In this document: in pieces, positions 7,892 to 10,119 of the stretch
Position numbering within the stretch: the stretch's first letter is position 1
Layout of the letters: each line of letters starts with the position of its first letter
Assembly: GCA_011390035.1 (NCBI GenBank)
Contig: JAABTE010000073.1
Location: 1-10,119 of the forward strand
Direction: 5' to 3'
Length of the DNA: 10,119 bases
DNA from: Desulfobacteraceae bacterium
GTDB taxonomy: Bacteria; Desulfobacterota; Desulfobacteria; Desulfobacterales; JAABSP01
The notes under the pieces: generated by a model
What the model saw: the letters and a program-made list of their open reading frames with translations, nothing else
The model's database searches: none
Told to the model about the DNA's origin: nothing
Translations under genes and position numbers: made by a program

Positions 7892-8497
7892 TTATGCCTT
7901 GAAACGTTCCACGTAATAGATGCCTTTTTCCGGGTCCTCGTCGTATATGAGGGCCGGCTCTCCTTTTTCCAGCACCAGGCCGTCCCGGGCCCGGGCGTTT
8001 AGCGTGATGGGCGCCCCGCCCGTGGCGATTTCGATCTGACCGAAATCGGCGTTGACCTCGCTGGTGATCACCACCCCCACCCGGTACATGATTTTCTCGT
8101 GGGTTTCGGCCTTGAAGAACCGTCTCATGGGCCGGGTGAGAAGGCCCGCTGCCACCACGCTGAAGATGAAGTTGGGAATCAGCAGCACCAGGGCGATGAC
8201 CGCGTTGCCCGCCGGGTTCAGATAATGGTTGGCCTCCAGGGAGAACCACCAGCCGAACAGCGAAAGAAAGCTGACCGTGATCATCGCCGGCACCTCGCCG
8301 AGGTTGAGCAACTGAAACAGGGGCGCCAGCAGGCAGCCGCCCTCGTCCGCGTCGATGTCCGGGATGAGGGAATCTAACAGCTCAAGATCGGCCGCGCCCA
8401 TGATCAGTGTGCCCCAGTAGAGCATCACCAAAATCAGCAGCGCGGTGAAGGGAAGGTTTATGGGCGAAAAGCATGCCGATATGAATGCTTGCATCAC
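7892..8497 (-). CDS. yqiJ: YqiJ-like inner-membrane protein (DUF1449 family, NfeD-like C-terminal OB-fold), 201 aa. The usual operon partner of flotillin YqiK.
   Basis: Several hydrophobic helices (LPFTALLILVMLYWGTLIMGAA; AMITVSFLSLFGWWF; AVIALVLLIPNFIFSVVAAGLL) are followed by a C-terminal beta-barrel-like segment GVVITSEVNADFGQIEIATGGAPITLNARARDGLVLEKGEPALIYDEDPEKGIYYVERF, which resembles the OB-fold tail of E. coli YqiJ/NfeD proteins. Shine-Dalgarno GGAGA sits 5 nt before ATG 8497. Stop TAA at 7892-7894 lies 34 nt upstream of the flotillin start. Confidence 0.85.
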   Translation of the reverse strand: MMQAFISACFSPINLPFTALLILVMLYWGTLIMGAADLELLDSLIPDIDADEGGCLLAPLFQLLNLGEVPAMITVSFLSLFGWWFSLEANHYLNPAGNAVIALVLLIPNFIFSVVAAGLLTRPMRRFFKAETHEKIMYRVGVVITSEVNADFGQIEIATGGAPITLNARARDGLVLEKGEPALIYDEDPEKGIYYVERFKA

Positions 8498-8620
8498 GGT
8501 CTCCAGTGAAGGGCGGAAACGGTATTTGAATGGAAGCGACCCCGGGCGCGTGGGCCGAAAATACAGGGTCCCGCTATTCTGTACGATATTTACAGGGAAA
8601 AATAAACCGAAAAATGGCCA

Positions 8621-8654
8621 CCCCCCCCTTCCGGGGGCGGCTTGCGTTTTTTTT
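8621..8654 (+). terminator. Terminator-like or attenuator-like element: GC hairpin (C-run 8621-8628 pairing with GGGGGCGG 8633-8640, TTCC loop) followed by CTTGCG and a T8 tract (8647-8654). An overlapping alternative hairpin GGCTTGC(8639-8645)/GCAAGCC(8660-8666) encloses the T-tract and overlaps the -35 box.
   Basis: Seen in the sequence. It is not a textbook intrinsic terminator, because a 6-nt spacer separates the stem from the U-tract and there is no obvious plus-strand gene upstream to terminate. Confidence 0.3.
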
Positions 8655-8656
8655 GT

Positions 8657-8686
8657 TTGGCAAGCCCCGCGTCCGTCTGGTATAAA
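8657..8686 (+). promoter_or_regulatory. Candidate sigma70 promoter for the trm112-like/DUF4416/yicC transcript: -35 TTGGCA (8657-8662), 18-nt spacer, extended -10 TGgTATAAA (8678-8686). Predicted transcription start near 8693-8695.
   Basis: Read directly from the sequence. The -35 has 5/6 matches to TTGACA. The -10 TATAAA has 5/6 matches to TATAAT and is preceded by a TGn extension. The spacer is 18 nt. Confidence 0.5.
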
Positions 8687-8692
8687 ACGATT

Positions 8693-8734
8693 TTATGCCG
8701 GCAAGATCCCATCTTATGCCGGCAAGGTCCCATG
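8693..8734 (+). promoter_or_regulatory. Two 21-bp direct repeats, TTATGCCGGCAAGATCCCATC and TTATGCCGGCAAGGTCCCATG (20/21 identical), each containing the perfect 8-bp palindrome TGCCGGCA. Candidate operator or tandem transcription-factor site at the predicted +1 and early leader of the trm112-like gene.
   Basis: Seen in the sequence. The unit starts are 8693 and 8714, a 21-bp period equal to two helical turns. They lie immediately downstream of the putative -10 box. Confidence 0.45.
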
Positions 8735-8782
8735 GCGTTGATCGAGCGCCTCGACAACCCGACACAAGGAGACAACGAAACA

Positions 8783-8962
8783 ATGGCCATCAGCAAGGAA
8801 CTGCTTGACATACTCGCCTGCCCCAAGTGCAAGGGGGACATTCACCTGAACCCGGCCGGCGACGGCCTGATCTGCCAGAACTGCCGCCTGCTCTATGAAA
8901 TCAAGGACGACATCCCCATCATGCTCATCGACGAGGCCAGGCCGCTGGACGCCGGCGCCTGA
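8783..8962 (+). CDS. ycaR: Trm112-family small zinc-ribbon-like protein (UPF0434/YcaR-like), 59 aa.
   Basis: MAISKELLDILACPKCKGDIHLNPAGDGLICQNCRLLYEIKDDIPIMLIDEARPL matches the Trm112/YcaR pattern LL(E/D)I(L/I)ACPxCxG...L.C......(Y/F).I.DGIP.(M/L)L..EAR.L. The start at 8783 is preferred over the track's TTG 8642 because of Shine-Dalgarno AAGGAGA at 8766-8772 and the conserved short N-terminus. Stop TGA at 8960-8962. Confidence 0.85.
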   Translation: MAISKELLDILACPKCKGDIHLNPAGDGLICQNCRLLYEIKDDIPIMLIDEARPLDAGA

Positions 8963-8970
8963 CCCCGTTT

Positions 8971-9555
8971 ATGAGCCTGCCCCAGCCACCGCCGCCCGCC
9001 CGGCTGGTCATCGGCGTGTTTCTCAAGGAGCCATCGCTGCTTGGCCCGGTGGCCGACGCCCTGGTCCGGCGCCACGGGCCGCCGGACATGATCGGCCCGT
9101 GGATGGCCTTTGACCAAACCCGTTACTATGAGCCGGAGATGGGCGGGCCGCTGCGCCGTCGCATGTTTTCCTTTAAAGGCCTGATCGACCAGGCGGACCT
9201 GCCGGACATCAAGCGCCACGCCAACGGGCTGGAGGCGGATCTGGCCGAGGCGGGCCGGCGCCGGGTCAACATCGATCCCGGCTGCCTGCTGGCCGAGCGC
9301 TTTGTTCTGGCAACGGGGAAAAACTTCAGCCACCGCATTCACCTGGACGGCGGCATCTACGCCGATCTGACGCTGATTTACGAGAACGGCGCTTATAAGG
9401 CCCTGCCTTGGACCTATCCGGACTATGGCGAGGAGCGGATGCGGGATTTTCTGGCCCGCGTCCGGCGGCGCTATCTGCTGGATCTGAAGCGATTTCAAAA
9501 AGGATTCAGAATACAAAAAGGGGACGCAAGGCCCAATGGCCCTGCCCCAAGTTAA
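8971..9555 (+). CDS. DUF4416-family conserved hypothetical protein, 194 aa.
   Basis: Track ORF. The motif series ...RLVIGVF...YYEPEMGGPLRRRMFSFKGLI...RRRVNIDPG.L....FVLATGKNFSHRIHL.GGIYADLTLIY..G.YKALPWTYPDY matches my recollection of DUF4416 proteins from deltaproteobacteria and Chlorobi. It starts 9 nt after the Trm112 stop, suggesting a shared transcript. The family assignment is from memory, not from a search. Confidence 0.7.
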   Translation: MSLPQPPPPARLVIGVFLKEPSLLGPVADALVRRHGPPDMIGPWMAFDQTRYYEPEMGGPLRRRMFSFKGLIDQADLPDIKRHANGLEADLAEAGRRRVNIDPGCLLAERFVLATGKNFSHRIHLDGGIYADLTLIYENGAYKALPWTYPDYGEERMRDFLARVRRRYLLDLKRFQKGFRIQKGDARPNGPAPS

Positions 9556-9577
9556 AAGGACCGGAAACGGAGGATAG

Positions 9578-10119
9578 ATGATTCGCAGCATGACCGGCTA
9601 CGCCGGCGCGGAGCGCGCCGAGAACGGCTTCGCCGTGATGGTGGAGGCCCGCTCCCACAACAATCGCTTCCTGGACGTGGTGGCCCGCCTGCCCCAGGGA
9701 TATGCCGGGCTGGAGGAGCAAGTCCGCGCCCTGGTGGCGGGCCGGCTAACCCGGGGAAGGGTGGAGGTGCGCCTTCAGGTGCAGGATGTCTCCGAAACGG
9801 CCGCCGCCTTCGAGATCGACATCGTCCGGGCCGACAGCTATCACCGGGCGCTGGCCCAGCTCCGGGGCCGCTTCAACCTGCCGGACCACATCTCCCTGGC
9901 CCAGTTGAGCGCGGTGGGGGGCATCATCCGGCCCGTGGAGCAGCAGCGGGACGCCGGGGCCCTGTGGCCCCTGGTGGAAGCCTGCGTCAACGCTGCCCTT
10001 GATGGCCTCAACGCCATGCGGGACCGGGAGGGCGCCTTCATCGCCGAGGATCTGAAAAGCCGGCTGGGCCACATCGAAGCCTTTCTGGATCAGATCGAAG
10101 CGGAATCCGAGGGCCTGCC
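9578..10119 (+). CDS. yicC: YicC-family stress-induced protein (YicC/YloC), N-terminal ~180 aa. Truncated by the window end.
   Basis: Translation from ATG 9578 gives MIRSMTGYAGAERAENGFAVMVEARSHNNRFLDVVARLPQGYAGLEEQVRALVAGRLTRGRVEVRLQV..., almost identical in pattern to the E. coli YicC N-terminus (MIRSMTAYARRE...GSATWEMRSVNQRYLE...). Shine-Dalgarno GGAGGA at ~9567-9572. It is absent from the ORF track only because it has no in-window stop. Confidence 0.9.
   Translation, partial: MIRSMTGYAGAERAENGFAVMVEARSHNNRFLDVVARLPQGYAGLEEQVRALVAGRLTRGRVEVRLQVQDVSETAAAFEIDIVRADSYHRALAQLRGRFNLPDHISLAQLSAVGGIIRPVEQQRDAGALWPLVEACVNAALDGLNAMRDREGAFIAEDLKSRLGHIEAFLDQIEAESEGL

Noticed and set aside
5643-8377. 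Plus-strand ORFs inside the flotillin and yqiJ genes (5746-6573, 6258-6590 Pro/Arg-rich, 6356-7234 Ser-rich, 6715-7221, 7250-7777, 7630-7902, 8099-8377) and minus-strand 7644-8249
   Set aside because: They are antisense or out-of-frame shadows of well-supported flotillin and YqiJ coding sequences. They have repetitive low-complexity composition driven by the GC-rich EA-repeat DNA.
8621-8654. Canonical rho-independent terminator for an upstream plus-strand gene
   Set aside because: There is no plus-strand gene upstream. Only the divergently transcribed yqiJ start is there. The stem is also separated from the T8 tract by 6 nt. It is reported as a regulatory or attenuator-like element with low confidence.
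8642-8782. N-terminal extension of the trm112-like ORF to TTG 8642 (track ORF 8642-8962), and the alternative ATG 8732
   Set aside because: The extension would have to be translated through the promoter, hairpin and direct-repeat region without a Shine-Dalgarno. ATG 8783 has AAGGAGA upstream and reproduces the short N-terminus typical of Trm112/YcaR proteins.
8445-8841. Track ORFs 8445-8741 (+), 8574-8783 (-) and 8590-8841 (-) spanning the divergent intergenic region
   Set aside because: They run across the promoter, hairpin and homopolymer region and overlap real gene starts. They have no ribosome-binding site and low-complexity products. I read this region as regulatory DNA.
9506-10074. 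Minus-strand ORFs 9506-9721, 9746-10072, 9841-10074
   Set aside because: They are antisense to the well-supported DUF4416 3' end and the yicC coding sequences, and have the G/P/R/H-rich shadow-frame composition.

Overview
High-GC bacterial window, roughly two-thirds G+C by eye. The gene content (Trm112-like, DUF4416 and YicC neighbours) would fit a deltaproteobacterial/Desulfobacterota-type genome, but this is a guess. I see no rRNA, tRNA, CRISPR, transposase or integrase. Most of the window (1-8497) is a co-directional minus-strand cluster of four genes: a YqiJ-like NfeD/DUF1449 membrane protein (8497->7892); a 748-aa flotillin/SPFH protein (7857->5611), 34 nt downstream; an 83-aa hypothetical protein (5601->5350) whose ribosome-binding site sits on the flotillin stop codon; and, after a 149-bp spacer, a giant gene starting at ATG 5200. 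The giant gene is not in the supplied ORF track because it has no stop codon in the window. It stays open through position 1, encoding at least 1733 aa, with the C-terminus beyond the window. I translated it by hand. It has a beta-rich N-terminal domain, a long helical middle and a MoxR/AAA_5-type P-loop ATPase module (Walker A SPPGYGKTT, Walker B MLYLDDIQH, MoxR-like AGNP...IPDMLANRADTYNL sensor region). A hexapeptide-repeat low-complexity tail follows. The long plus-strand ORFs at 467-1726, 2072-3154 and 3479-5263 are antisense shadows of this gene. A flotillin-NfeD pair coupled to a small protein and a giant AAA+ ATPase is, as far as I know, an undescribed arrangement and is the main item of interest. 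The divergent 285-bp intergenic region (8498-8782) carries a near-consensus extended -10 sigma70 promoter, a GC hairpin with C8 and T8 homopolymer tracts, and two 21-bp direct repeats with a palindromic TGCCGGCA core in the leader of a plus-strand operon. That operon is a Trm112-like gene (8783-8962), a DUF4416 gene (8971-9555) and a yicC-family gene (9578->, truncated by the window end).
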